The notes beneath the pieces are model-generated. The model had not been told where the DNA came from. It saw only the letters and a program-made list of their open reading frames with translations, and made no database searches. The position numbers were made by a program, and so were the translations under genes. This document shows positions 38,650 to 46,931 of a DNA stretch of 64,000 nt, in pieces (the first letter of the stretch is position 1; the number at the start of each line of letters is the position of its first letter). Origin of the DNA: Candidatus Pacebacteria bacterium RIFOXYA1_FULL_38_18 (GTDB lineage Bacteria; Patescibacteriota; Microgenomatia; UBA1400; PJMF01); NCBI GenBank assembly GCA_001787405.1, contig MFWV01000011.1, forward strand, positions 48,857 to 112,856, given 5' to 3'.

Positions 38650-38723
38650 TGCGTGCGCTAGGACTCGAACCTAGAACCACCAAGGTATAAGCTTGGTGCT
38701 CTGACCAATTGAGCTACGCACGC
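38650..38723 (-). tRNA. tRNA-Ile, anticodon UAU (reads AUA)
   Basis: Hand-folded cloverleaf. Acceptor GCGTGCG/CGCACGC. D-stem GCTC/GAGC. Anticodon stem CCAAG/CTTGG with loop CTTATAC. T-stem CTAGG/CCTAG with loop TTCGAGT. No encoded CCA. Confidence 0.75.
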
Positions 38724-38815
38724 TTTAATAAAAGAAATTATAACGGATGTTTCATAAAAACCCGAGAGAGATTATCAAAATGTCCAAAATATAAAACGTG
38801 ATAAATTTGATTGGA

Positions 38816-39523
38816 TTAGAGCAAGAGTAGTAGTAATGCTCCTATTCCCAGAGTGGCTAAACCAACTTGTAGATAATTTAGCCAGTCAGCAGGACCGCTT
38901 TTGTATAATTCTTCAGGATAATCAGGTTGTCCGTCCGCAACAGATGCGGAAGGTGTTGAGGTTGGAGCAGAAGTAGGCGTTAGTGTAGTTGTTGGTGTAG
39001 TAGTTGGTGTAGTCGTTGGCGTAGTAGTTGGTGTAGTCGTTGGCACTGGCTCTTCACAACAACTAGCAACTGTAGGATTGGCAATACAGGCATCTTTATA
39101 ATCTTCTACTGCACAGTATTTTTCTCCATCATCAGCAGTAATACAGACCAAGTCGCCAGCGCAGTCAGTATCGGTTCCACAAGGAGTGTAACCACACTCA
39201 CTAGGTTCAGCTGGCTCTAATACAGTAAAGGTCAAAGTACAACTTGATTGTCGAATAATAGAGGCTTCTGGGAAAGATTGCGGAGCACTAGGAGCTACTG
39301 GCTCTTGACTCAAGTATTGTTTTTGAGCAATCAATACGCCCACCAAACCAATAGCAAAAAACACGATCAGAATCAAAATTGTCCAGATTGTTCTGGCTAT
39401 GGGTGGTTTTTGCGGAGGAACAGCCCGTTCTTTGGCGTAACGCTTGGCAAATTCCTGTTGCTTTGGCGTTGAACTAGTCATTGGGGCTTGGTTGGCTGGT
39501 GGGTTTTGATAAGTGTTTTCCAT
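38816..39523 (-). CDS. cell-surface protein: N-terminal signal-anchor, Cys-rich module, (PTTT)n linker, conserved C-terminal GPADWLNYLQVGL-TM tail
   Basis: Start taken at MENTYQ, 4 nt after the upstream stop. PTTTPTTTPTTTPTTT linker. C-terminus KSGPADWLNYLQVGLATLGIGALLLLLL is paralogous to the tail of 40681..41589. Confidence 0.6.
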   Translation of the reverse strand: MENTYQNPPANQAPMTSSTPKQQEFAKRYAKERAVPPQKPPIARTIWTILILIVFFAIGLVGVLIAQKQYLSQEPVAPSAPQSFPEASIIRQSSCTLTFTVLEPAEPSECGYTPCGTDTDCAGDLVCITADDGEKYCAVEDYKDACIANPTVASCCEEPVPTTTPTTTPTTTPTTTPTTTLTPTSAPTSTPSASVADGQPDYPEELYKSGPADWLNYLQVGLATLGIGALLLLLL

Positions 39524-39527
39524 CAAT

Positions 39528-40544
39528 TTATTCACAAGTACTTGGTGTATAAGGTTCCCAATCACAGATAGTAGTGTTTGATGAGTTTGTATAACAAACA
39601 GCACATTGCACTGCATAACTTCCAGCTAGTTCAATGTCGTAACTTATTCCCCAGCTATTTGATATAAGTTGCAAAGGCGAATCGTGGTGATTACTGCCAC
39701 ATGGTTCCCATATTTTGAATGAATAGAAGTATTCATCATTATCTATGGGAGTAGTAGCCGAACAAACAAAATTAACAGTAGTTTCACCGGGTATAAAGCC
39801 AGCATCGTCTTCACCATTCAACGCAATATTTGTTCCACTAGTAGGATCTAACATTGTTATACTATGACATTGTGGACCGACGGGTGATGTAGGTGTGGGA
39901 GTAGATGTAGGTGTGGGAGTTGGTGTAACGGAAGGAGTTGGTGTTGGGGTTGGCGTGTTGTCGCAGGTAGAATCATATTCACAGGTACTATAACGAATTT
40001 TCTGCACTTGATAAGTGCCATTGGCCCCAGTGCAAAAATTACCATCTTTCATACAATCGAAAATCCAAATCTGGCACCTATCTGTTCCTACACATCTTGT
40101 GTCTACACAATGATCTGCATATTCGCTACAACCAGAAGGACAACTACTCACAATATCATCCTCAAATTGTGGTCTATGATAGCAAGCATTATTGTTTACG
40201 CTACCACCTGAAGGATAACTAGTTGGAGTGGGAGTGGGTTCTTCTCCTGCTTTAATAGGAGTGGGAGTGGGTTCTTCTCCTGCTTTAATAGGAGTGGGAG
40301 TCGGTTCTTCTCCTGCTTTGGTAGGAGTTGGAGTGGGAGTGGGTTCTTCTCCTGCTTTATAAGCCTGCTGGCGAACGTCCTGACTTTGTTTGGTTAAAAA
40401 TAAACCTACGGCCGCTCCTATAAGGAGCACTAATAAAACTATACCACCCATCCAGAGTGACAATGTTTTTTTTTGGGGACTAGAAAATTTACTAAAGTCT
40501 TTATTTGGTTGTGGACTGATAAAACTAGAATTATTTTCTGACAC
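39528..40544 (-). CDS. cell-surface protein: N-terminal signal-anchor, KAGEEPTPTPI tandem repeats, large Cys-rich domain
   Basis: 338 aa. TM GGIVLLVLLIGAAVGLFL, then QDVRQQAYKAGEEP shared with 40681..41589. About 20 Cys in the C-terminal half. Confidence 0.6.
   Translation of the reverse strand: MSENNSSFISPQPNKDFSKFSSPQKKTLSLWMGGIVLLVLLIGAAVGLFLTKQSQDVRQQAYKAGEEPTPTPTPTKAGEEPTPTPIKAGEEPTPTPIKAGEEPTPTPTSYPSGGSVNNNACYHRPQFEDDIVSSCPSGCSEYADHCVDTRCVGTDRCQIWIFDCMKDGNFCTGANGTYQVQKIRYSTCEYDSTCDNTPTPTPTPSVTPTPTPTSTPTPTSPVGPQCHSITMLDPTSGTNIALNGEDDAGFIPGETTVNFVCSATTPIDNDEYFYSFKIWEPCGSNHHDSPLQLISNSWGISYDIELAGSYAVQCAVCYTNSSNTTICDWEPYTPSTCE
40225..40360. repeat. 33-nt in-frame tandem repeat (about 4 copies) encoding KAGEEPTPTPI
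   Basis: GGAGTGGGAGTGGGTTCTTCTCCTGCTTTAATA recurs head-to-tail with one or two substitutions. Confidence 0.7.
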
Positions 40545-40680
40545 AGTGTTAATAATTCTTCGCTTTATTTCAAAACCATTTTTATATAAGTGAAGAATCT
40601 TTCTCCAGTATATAGAACTTTTTAGGTAAAGGTCAACTAAGAACGCTTGGGAATTTTTTTATTTTAATTGATGAGTAATT

Positions 40681-41589
40681 TTAAATGAAGAGCAGTAACA
40701 AAGCTCCAATTCCCAACATGCCCAAGCCAATTTGCAAGTATTTTAGCCAATCTTCTGGTCCGGTTTCAGGCAAAGTGCTGGGAAGAGTGGGCTGATCATC
40801 CTGATAGCCAGTGGTACCAGTGGTGGTACCAGTAGTCGTAGTTTCAGTATAGGCGAGAGTATCGGTATTTTCATCAGTCTCATCAGTTCTAGTATAGGCA
40901 AGAGTATCGGTATTTTCATCAGTGTCATCAGTGGTGCTAGTTGGAGTGGGAGGAGTTGGGGTAACAGTCGTTGTAGTAGTGGTGCTAGTTGGAGTGGGAG
41001 GAGTTGGGGTAACAGTCGTTGTAGTAGTGGTGCTAGTTGGAGTGGGAGGAGTTGGGGTGATAGTAGTTCCGCTAGTTGGAGTGGGAGTTGAGATGACAGT
41101 AGTTCCACTAGTGGGAGTGGGAATCGGTTCCTCTCCCGCTTTGGTAGGGTCTTCTCCTGCTTTAATAGGAGTGGGAGTCGGTTCCTCTCCTGCTTTGGTA
41201 GGGTCTTCTCCTGCTTTGGTAGGGTCTTCTCCTGCTTTAATAGGAGTGGGAGTCGGTTCCTCTCCCGCTTTGGTAGGGTCTTCTCCTGCTTTATAAGCCT
41301 GCTGGCGAACGTCCTGACTGATTTGAGTAAGATATAAACCAGCTCCACCACCTATGATGATAATCAATAATCCTATCAAGGCAATGATAGTGTTTTTTGA
41401 CAATTTACCCTTTTTCTTTGGTGGTTGAGTTGAAGAGGGGGTAGCAGTTTCTGATTTATTTGGAACTTTTTCCTCGTTCTTTGTTTGTGCGCTAGTTGGC
41501 TCGCTTATATTTTCCTTTGGAAGATCAGTCGGCAACTCTGGAGGCAAAGAATCTGTAGGCTGGGGTGTAGAACCAATAACGTTGATCAT
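40681..41589 (-). CDS. LPXTG-type cell-surface protein with KAGE(D/E)PT repeats and poly-Thr/Pro stalk
   Basis: N-terminal signal-anchor. KAGEDPT / KAGEEPTPTPI repeats. TTTTTTVTPTPPTPTS triplicated. C-terminus LPETGPEDWLKYLQIGLGMLGIGALLLLFI. Confidence 0.65.
   Translation of the reverse strand: MINVIGSTPQPTDSLPPELPTDLPKENISEPTSAQTKNEEKVPNKSETATPSSTQPPKKKGKLSKNTIIALIGLLIIIIGGGAGLYLTQISQDVRQQAYKAGEDPTKAGEEPTPTPIKAGEDPTKAGEDPTKAGEEPTPTPIKAGEDPTKAGEEPIPTPTSGTTVISTPTPTSGTTITPTPPTPTSTTTTTTVTPTPPTPTSTTTTTTVTPTPPTPTSTTDDTDENTDTLAYTRTDETDENTDTLAYTETTTTGTTTGTTGYQDDQPTLPSTLPETGPEDWLKYLQIGLGMLGIGALLLLFI
41105..41300. repeat. in-frame tandem repeats (21-nt and 33-nt units) encoding KAGEDPT / KAGEEPTPTPI, plus a thrice-repeated roughly 57-nt Thr/Pro unit at 40930-41100
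   Basis: GGTAGGGTCTTCTCCTGCTTT and GGAGTGGGAGTCGGTTCCTCTCC(T/C)GCTTTGGTA units. GGTGCTAGTTGGAGTGGGAGGAGTTGGGGTAACAGTCGTTGTAGTAGT occurs three times. Confidence 0.65.
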
Positions 41590-41644
41590 AAAAATGAAAT
41601 TAAGATTTATTAAATAAATAATATCTATTGCTGGTAAGCATAGA

Positions 41645-42757
41645 TTATGAACTAGAGAGGTGTAAAGAAGAAGTTATGGTTTGATATTTATTTCTGATAT
41701 TTATGAATATTGCTGCGAAAAAAAATGCCATAATCCGCGGTCTTATGAGGCGAACCAAAGAAGAATCATTTTTAATAATTAATTTGAGAATATTTAGTCT
41801 GATAAGAATTTTTTTAATTTTTGGTTCATATTTTTTAAGATGCCAAAACTTCAAAGGAGGAAACTCAGCGAACCACTCGATTGGCAATAAATGAGCCAAT
41901 ATGAGAATTTTCCAAGATGTATTTTTACTAATAAAACTTGGAGTTGAGTATCTAAAGAAACAATTGCTCAAAATTATCATCAACCAGGCCTCATTTTGAA
42001 ACTGATATTGTTTTGCTAATTGTAAAAAATTAGACCATTGACTTGGTTTTTTATAGGTTTGAGTTAATTTTCCGATTTCATAAAGCGTGCCCAGACCCGT
42101 TGCTAAATCATTGAATAAAAAACGAATGCACAAAGACAGTAATTGATAGTTTTTATTTTGAATGTGGTGATTGTGTTTTGTGTTGTTCAATAGTGCTGTG
42201 GAAAATTTCCGCACAATTAGGATCTCTTGCGCATTGAGAGTGCCAAAATGTGGATGTGCAATCATGCTATGAATATCAAGATTTAAATAACGAGCCTTAG
42301 AATAAGTAATTTCTTTGGGCGGATAAATGGTTTTTTTATAACCCTGATTGGTTAACCATTGATCAATAATCATCATGCCCTGCTTGTTGGTAAGCAAATC
42401 AAGATCATTAGTAAGAAATAATTGCTGATTTAGTTTGTTTTTAAAATCCTTAAAAAAAATACCTTTTATTTTTGTTTTCTCCAAAAAAGAAATTAGACGT
42501 TGTTTTTCTTTTTCATATAACAAGCTGGAAAAAATGCTATTTTTTTGATGTTTGATTAGTTTGTTTTTAAAAGATTTATTCAAATGTTTTTGACAATTTT
42601 GACAGTTTGTAAAGTGATCTAAGGCATGGAAAACTTTATTAAACATTGCTTTTTCATAGAGTTTGCTAGTGCTTTTTTTAACTAAATTGATTGGAGGACA
42701 AACAGAGGAATTGTTTTGCAATAAAAAAACCAAGATTTCTATATCGGCATTTAACAT
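41645..42757 (-). CDS. uncharacterised nucleotidyltransferase (pol-beta superfamily, NTP_transf_5-like)
   Basis: 370 aa. hhxDhDhh metal-binding motif TNDLDLLTN. Size and composition fit the PF14907-type family often found in peptide-modification clusters. No HMM was run. Confidence 0.45.
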   Translation of the reverse strand: MLNADIEILVFLLQNNSSVCPPINLVKKSTSKLYEKAMFNKVFHALDHFTNCQNCQKHLNKSFKNKLIKHQKNSIFSSLLYEKEKQRLISFLEKTKIKGIFFKDFKNKLNQQLFLTNDLDLLTNKQGMMIIDQWLTNQGYKKTIYPPKEITYSKARYLNLDIHSMIAHPHFGTLNAQEILIVRKFSTALLNNTKHNHHIQNKNYQLLSLCIRFLFNDLATGLGTLYEIGKLTQTYKKPSQWSNFLQLAKQYQFQNEAWLMIILSNCFFRYSTPSFISKNTSWKILILAHLLPIEWFAEFPPLKFWHLKKYEPKIKKILIRLNILKLIIKNDSSLVRLIRPRIMAFFFAAIFINIRNKYQTITSSLHLSSS

Positions 42758-42760
42758 AGA

Positions 42761-43702
42761 GTGATTATAATCGTTGTTATGATATCTGTTTTGATTGCTA
42801 CTAAAGAACGGCCAGATTCATTACTTGTGTGTCTTCAATCAATTGTCTCCAATCAATTCACTCAGTACGAAGTGATTGTTATTGATCAGAGCAATGTTGT
42901 CAGTGCGCTAATCAAACAATATCTTAAAAAGCATCATCGCATACATTTTTATCATCTGCCAAATAGGGGTAGGGAGAGGGGCAAAAGTTATGCCCTACAA
43001 CAAGGATTGATGAAAGCAAAAGGAGAAATCATTGCTTTTACAGACGATGACTGCATAGTGGATAAAAAATGGTTAAAGATTCTTTGGCAAGGTTTTGCCC
43101 AAAACAAATGTGATGGTCTATTTGGTCAGGTTTTACCATATCAGCCAGCTCAACATGCTGATGAAACTTGCCCCTGTACAATGCGTTTTGCAAAAAAAGA
43201 ATTTGTTCGTCAACCGCGCTACCATGTTTCCATTGGTTACGGCAATAACATGGCTTTTAGAAAGCAAGCTCTTGATGAGATTGGTTCACCAAAAACCTGG
43301 CTCGGTCCCGGATCAATTGGTTCGAATGCGGAAGATGCGGAGCTTACCCTACGGGCATTATTTGCCAAAAAAATTATTTTGAGATATCCAAAATCTATTG
43401 TTTATCACAATCGTTGGTTGAATGCTCAAGAAATGAAAGAACAGCAACTCTCTTACACTCAAGGAGAAGCGGCTTGTTATGGCTATTTTTCCTTTCTTGG
43501 ATCAAATTTTTGCAAACAAATATTAATTAGAGGAATCAAAGCCAATCTTCAGAATTTAAAACGCAATCTATTGTCAGTTTTTAGTTTTAACAAAGGTAAG
43601 CGGACGCGAAACAACGTTTATTGGAATTTTCGATCATTACTAGCTAGTGCACGAGGATTGAGTGTAGGATTTTGGTTTTTTTTAACAGAGTCTTTAAAAT
43701 AG
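42761..43702 (+). CDS. soluble glycosyltransferase family 2
   Basis: VLIATKERPDSLLVCLQSI, VIDQSN and AFTDDDC are GT-A motifs. No TM. Confidence 0.7.
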   Translation: MIIIVVMISVLIATKERPDSLLVCLQSIVSNQFTQYEVIVIDQSNVVSALIKQYLKKHHRIHFYHLPNRGRERGKSYALQQGLMKAKGEIIAFTDDDCIVDKKWLKILWQGFAQNKCDGLFGQVLPYQPAQHADETCPCTMRFAKKEFVRQPRYHVSIGYGNNMAFRKQALDEIGSPKTWLGPGSIGSNAEDAELTLRALFAKKIILRYPKSIVYHNRWLNAQEMKEQQLSYTQGEAACYGYFSFLGSNFCKQILIRGIKANLQNLKRNLLSVFSFNKGKRTRNNVYWNFRSLLASARGLSVGFWFFLTESLK

Positions 43703-43703
43703 T

Positions 43704-44699
43704 TTGATTAAAATTATGTCAATATCAGCTTCAATTATTATTCCAACCAAAGAGAGATTTGAAACTCTCCAGCATTGTTTATTGGCTACAATTAAACAAT
43801 TATCCAAAGAGGACGAAGTAATGGTGGTAGAAAATGGTCAAGCTTATCAAAAAACTAAACACTTAATTAATATTTTAGCCAAAAATCACCAAATAAGTTA
43901 TGTTCATGAATCACGACTTGGACCAGCTTTTGCTCGCAATAAAGGAATTAGTTTGGCTCGCAATGAAATCTTGATTTTTTTGGATGATGATTGTGTGCCT
44001 GGTCCGGGCTGGTTGAAAGCAATTAAAAAGCGTCATGAAAATGAAAAAAAACACCAGCAAACAGTGGTTTTTCAGGGAAAAATTAATTATGTTTATAAAA
44101 AATCGAATGCATTTGTTGAGTTATTTCATTTAAGAAATCGGATGGATTGGCAAGTAATTCGGAAAACTCCGGGATGGAAAATGGGGAAATTCATAAATTT
44201 TTTAAATGCTGGAATTTTTTCTGTTCGAAGGTCGGTTTTAGTTAAAAATAAGATTAAATTTAATGAACTTTTTTTTCCTTTTGTTGGTGAAGAGAGAGAT
44301 CTGACAGCGCAATTACATTTGCATGGTATTTCCATTGTTTATGCATCGGAAATACAAGTAACACATTACAAAGATAGAGGAAGCGTAGTGAATTCATTAA
44401 AAAGATCTTTTCAGGCGGGATTGGCACAAGAAATACTGAACGTTTTATATAAAACCAATCAATCAACAAAATCTTTGTTTAAGAAATCTTTTCGAAAAGA
44501 AAAAAATGGAATAATCGCTGAATTGTTAAAACAATTTAATCAGCAGTCACTATTTACCATTACAGGTATGATCATTACTTATTTGCGATTGAGTATGTTG
44601 GTCCTGGGAAGAGTTTATGGCAAATTTTGGTGTCTGTTGCAAAAAAACAAGCTTTATGAACATAGAAAAAAGCTATTTTTATCAATCACTAAGAACTAA
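43704..44699 (+). CDS. soluble glycosyltransferase family 2
   Basis: SIIIPTKERFETLQHCL and IFLDDDCVPGPGWL match the GT-A fold. No TM. One nt after the previous GT2 stop. Confidence 0.7.
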   Translation: MIKIMSISASIIIPTKERFETLQHCLLATIKQLSKEDEVMVVENGQAYQKTKHLINILAKNHQISYVHESRLGPAFARNKGISLARNEILIFLDDDCVPGPGWLKAIKKRHENEKKHQQTVVFQGKINYVYKKSNAFVELFHLRNRMDWQVIRKTPGWKMGKFINFLNAGIFSVRRSVLVKNKIKFNELFFPFVGEERDLTAQLHLHGISIVYASEIQVTHYKDRGSVVNSLKRSFQAGLAQEILNVLYKTNQSTKSLFKKSFRKEKNGIIAELLKQFNQQSLFTITGMIITYLRLSMLVLGRVYGKFWCLLQKNKLYEHRKKLFLSITKN

Positions 44700-45168
44700 T
44701 AAGCTTGCGATATAGATGTTTTAAAAAAGGATATTTATAAAGATTTTTTATTTTTAATAAATTTGGAAAATGGTGATTCAGTCGTGAATACCAAGTCAGA
44801 ATAAAAACAAAAAACCGCGAGCGATTATTTTCCAAAAAGATAGTATGCGAAGGATATATGATTTTTATAGCTTTTCCCATGAGTTTTTTAATATCAACCT
44901 GGTTATCATAATCTAATTTATTATCGCCCTTGGTAATAACATATTTTTTTTTAATAGCCATTAAGCGATGAAGAATTATTTGATTGTTTTTTTTAAAAGC
45001 TACAATATCGCCAACCGTATATTCTTGAGAATAATTAAGTTTTAAAACAACTTTTGCACCATGTTTAATTAAGGGTTCCATGCTATAACCCTTGCTAGTG
45101 GTTTGTATAATAAGCGAATGTTTATTAGTAATGAATTGAGTAATTAATGAAACATTTTTCATTGTCAT
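44689..45168 (-). CDS. S26-family signal-peptidase-like serine protease (Ser/His SipW/ER-type), no obvious TM
   Basis: GYSMEP (nucleophile Ser). ILHRL (His replaces the Lys of the KR box). KGDNKLDYDNQ (GDNxxxSxDSR-like). Start ambiguous; the ORF track gives 45234. Confidence 0.5.
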   Translation of the reverse strand: MTMKNVSLITQFITNKHSLIIQTTSKGYSMEPLIKHGAKVVLKLNYSQEYTVGDIVAFKKNNQIILHRLMAIKKKYVITKGDNKLDYDNQVDIKKLMGKAIKIIYPSHTIFLENNRSRFFVFILTWYSRLNHHFPNLLKIKNLYKYPFLKHLYRKLISS

Positions 45169-45185
45169 TGTGCATTGCTGATTTG

Positions 45186-46334
45186 ATGATTTTACTATAC
45201 ACGAACACAAATCAAGAGCATGATTTTTTGGCAAACAAATATGAGGACTATATAGTAACGGACAGTCAAGAAAAAACTGCAGTAGTATCTATTGCTTGCG
45301 GTTTTGAACATCGTGAGAAAGAAATTCCCAGCTTTGTTTTTAAAGAAAGTGTAATAGAGAGGTTTGGTTTATTTAGTGAGTTTTTCCGCAAAATATTAAT
45401 GGGAGTATTAAATACTCATGATGGAGCTTTATTGCATGCCAGTTCTATTGTTTATAAAAATCAGGGCTTTATTTTTATTGGTCATGAAGGAGCAGGCAAA
45501 ACAACTATTCGCAAATTACTAAATAACTACGTTTCTTTGGGCGATGATACAGCTATTATACGAATTAGAGGGGAAAAGACTTATCTATATGGTTCTCCAC
45601 TTTATCAACGAACTAAGCGTTCTTATCCGAATAAACGAGTTTTGATCTGTGGTATTTTTTCTTTAAAACAAGCAAAATATGCTCTAATTAATGATCTTGA
45701 TCTCAATCAGCAAGTGAAAGCGCTGTCGTCAAATGTTTTTTTATCTGGCTTAAAAGAATTTAACAATGAAAATAGAAAATTAAGTTTGACATTATTTACT
45801 TTGGGACAGCAACAACTTGTTCATAATTTATCTTTTGCCAAAACATCCCCAGTATCAAAAGTACTAAAAATATTTGCTCAAAAACCCTGGCAAAAAAAAT
45901 CAATCAAGAACCTATTGGTTCAAGCCAGCACTGTCTTTGTTCAAGAACTCCAAGATCATGTTGTTTGGTCGAAGGGTGTTGCCGATCGCGACTTTTTAAC
46001 TCAATGTTTGATAATTAATGAACATAGTTGGATTTTTGAATTCGGTTCACAGCGAATTTTGAAAGTAATAGCAGATAAAATTATTGGAAATCAAGAAGAG
46101 GCTTATCATCATTCTCTTGTGTTTAAAAAAATTAAACAATTCAAAGAAATCAAGGTTTTGCCTACGATAGTTGTTGTTCGAAAAGAAAATAATTTTGTAA
46201 TTATTGATGGCAATCATCGGGCATTGGCTTGGTATTTGCATAATAAAAATAATTTAACTGGAGAAATTTTGGTGTTAGTAGGAGATTTAAAAAATAATTT
46301 TAAAGAAAATAGTAAAATTTTTGCTTATTTATAA
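45186..46334 (+). CDS. HPr-kinase-like P-loop kinase fused to a C-terminal ParB/Srx-like domain
   Basis: GFIFIGHEGAGKTTIRKLL...LGDD fits the HprK C-domain pattern GxxGxGKS/T...hhDD. C-terminal VIIDGNHRALAWYL is ParB-like. Start ambiguous; the ORF track gives 45147. Confidence 0.5.
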   Translation: MILLYTNTNQEHDFLANKYEDYIVTDSQEKTAVVSIACGFEHREKEIPSFVFKESVIERFGLFSEFFRKILMGVLNTHDGALLHASSIVYKNQGFIFIGHEGAGKTTIRKLLNNYVSLGDDTAIIRIRGEKTYLYGSPLYQRTKRSYPNKRVLICGIFSLKQAKYALINDLDLNQQVKALSSNVFLSGLKEFNNENRKLSLTLFTLGQQQLVHNLSFAKTSPVSKVLKIFAQKPWQKKSIKNLLVQASTVFVQELQDHVVWSKGVADRDFLTQCLIINEHSWIFEFGSQRILKVIADKIIGNQEEAYHHSLVFKKIKQFKEIKVLPTIVVVRKENNFVIIDGNHRALAWYLHNKNNLTGEILVLVGDLKNNFKENSKIFAYL

Positions 46335-46369
46335 TTTTTGATTTTTTATAAAACTAATTAAGGTTGAAC

Positions 46370-46915
46370 AATTATTTTCAAAAACTACCGAACAACGTCG
46401 ATTGTTGGGAGTTTGGGCACATCCAGATGACGAATCACTCAATATAGAAGAAATTTTGGCTCTAGCAAACAAAGCTAAAATAAATACGCAAATAATTTGT
46501 CTTATGGAGAAATGGGCTTATCTCAAAATAGTGCCTTAGGGACTCGAGGGCGAGATGGGAAATCTGGCAAGAAAGCGATCGGTCGTGGAAGCTTTATTTT
46601 AGCGTTCTGGAACAGGACATAAAACGTCTTTATAAACATTCCAGAAAACTAACGATTTGGAAAAATATGCTAAAAGCAGATTTTCAAATAAGTATTACCA
46701 AAACAACTGATCAAAAAATAACGGCCTGTTTAGCTCACGTCAGCCAGTTGTCAGTTCTCAACAAACCAATCCCATTAAAAATAATTTTTAAAATGTTTGA
46801 TAATGAGTATTTACATCTAGTAACTGCACAAAACAAATATAATTTTCAATTTGTGAATTTTTTCACTCAAAGGTATAATTATCGTGTCAAAAACAAAACC
46901 GAAGGCTTTTCATAA
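46370..46915 (+). pseudogene. decayed LmbE/PIG-L-family deacetylase gene (no start codon, frameshift)
   Basis: Hand translation of 46378.. gives EQRRLLGVWAHPDDESLNIEEILALANKAKINTQIICLMEKW, with the PIG-L AHPDDE motif, ending in a stop. The reading frame of ORF 46667..46915 continues it after a frame change. Confidence 0.4.
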
Positions 46916-46931
46916 TAAAAAGGAATATTTT

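Noticed and set aside
40743-41351. Long antisense or alternate-frame ORFs across the repeat region (40743..41351 minus frame, 40922..41296 plus frame)
   Set aside because: They are artefacts of in-frame tandem repeats, which keep several frames open. The products are monotonous (VGVGGVG…, LPLQLAPLL…). The LPETG-protein frame is the one with coherent domain structure.
46667-46915. 82-aa ORF just upstream of the PqqD-like gene, considered as a RiPP precursor
   Set aside because: Its reading frame is the continuation, after a frameshift, of a decayed LmbE/PIG-L deacetylase fragment carrying AHPDDE. It is too long and too hydrophilic and structured for a precursor. It is treated as part of a pseudogene.
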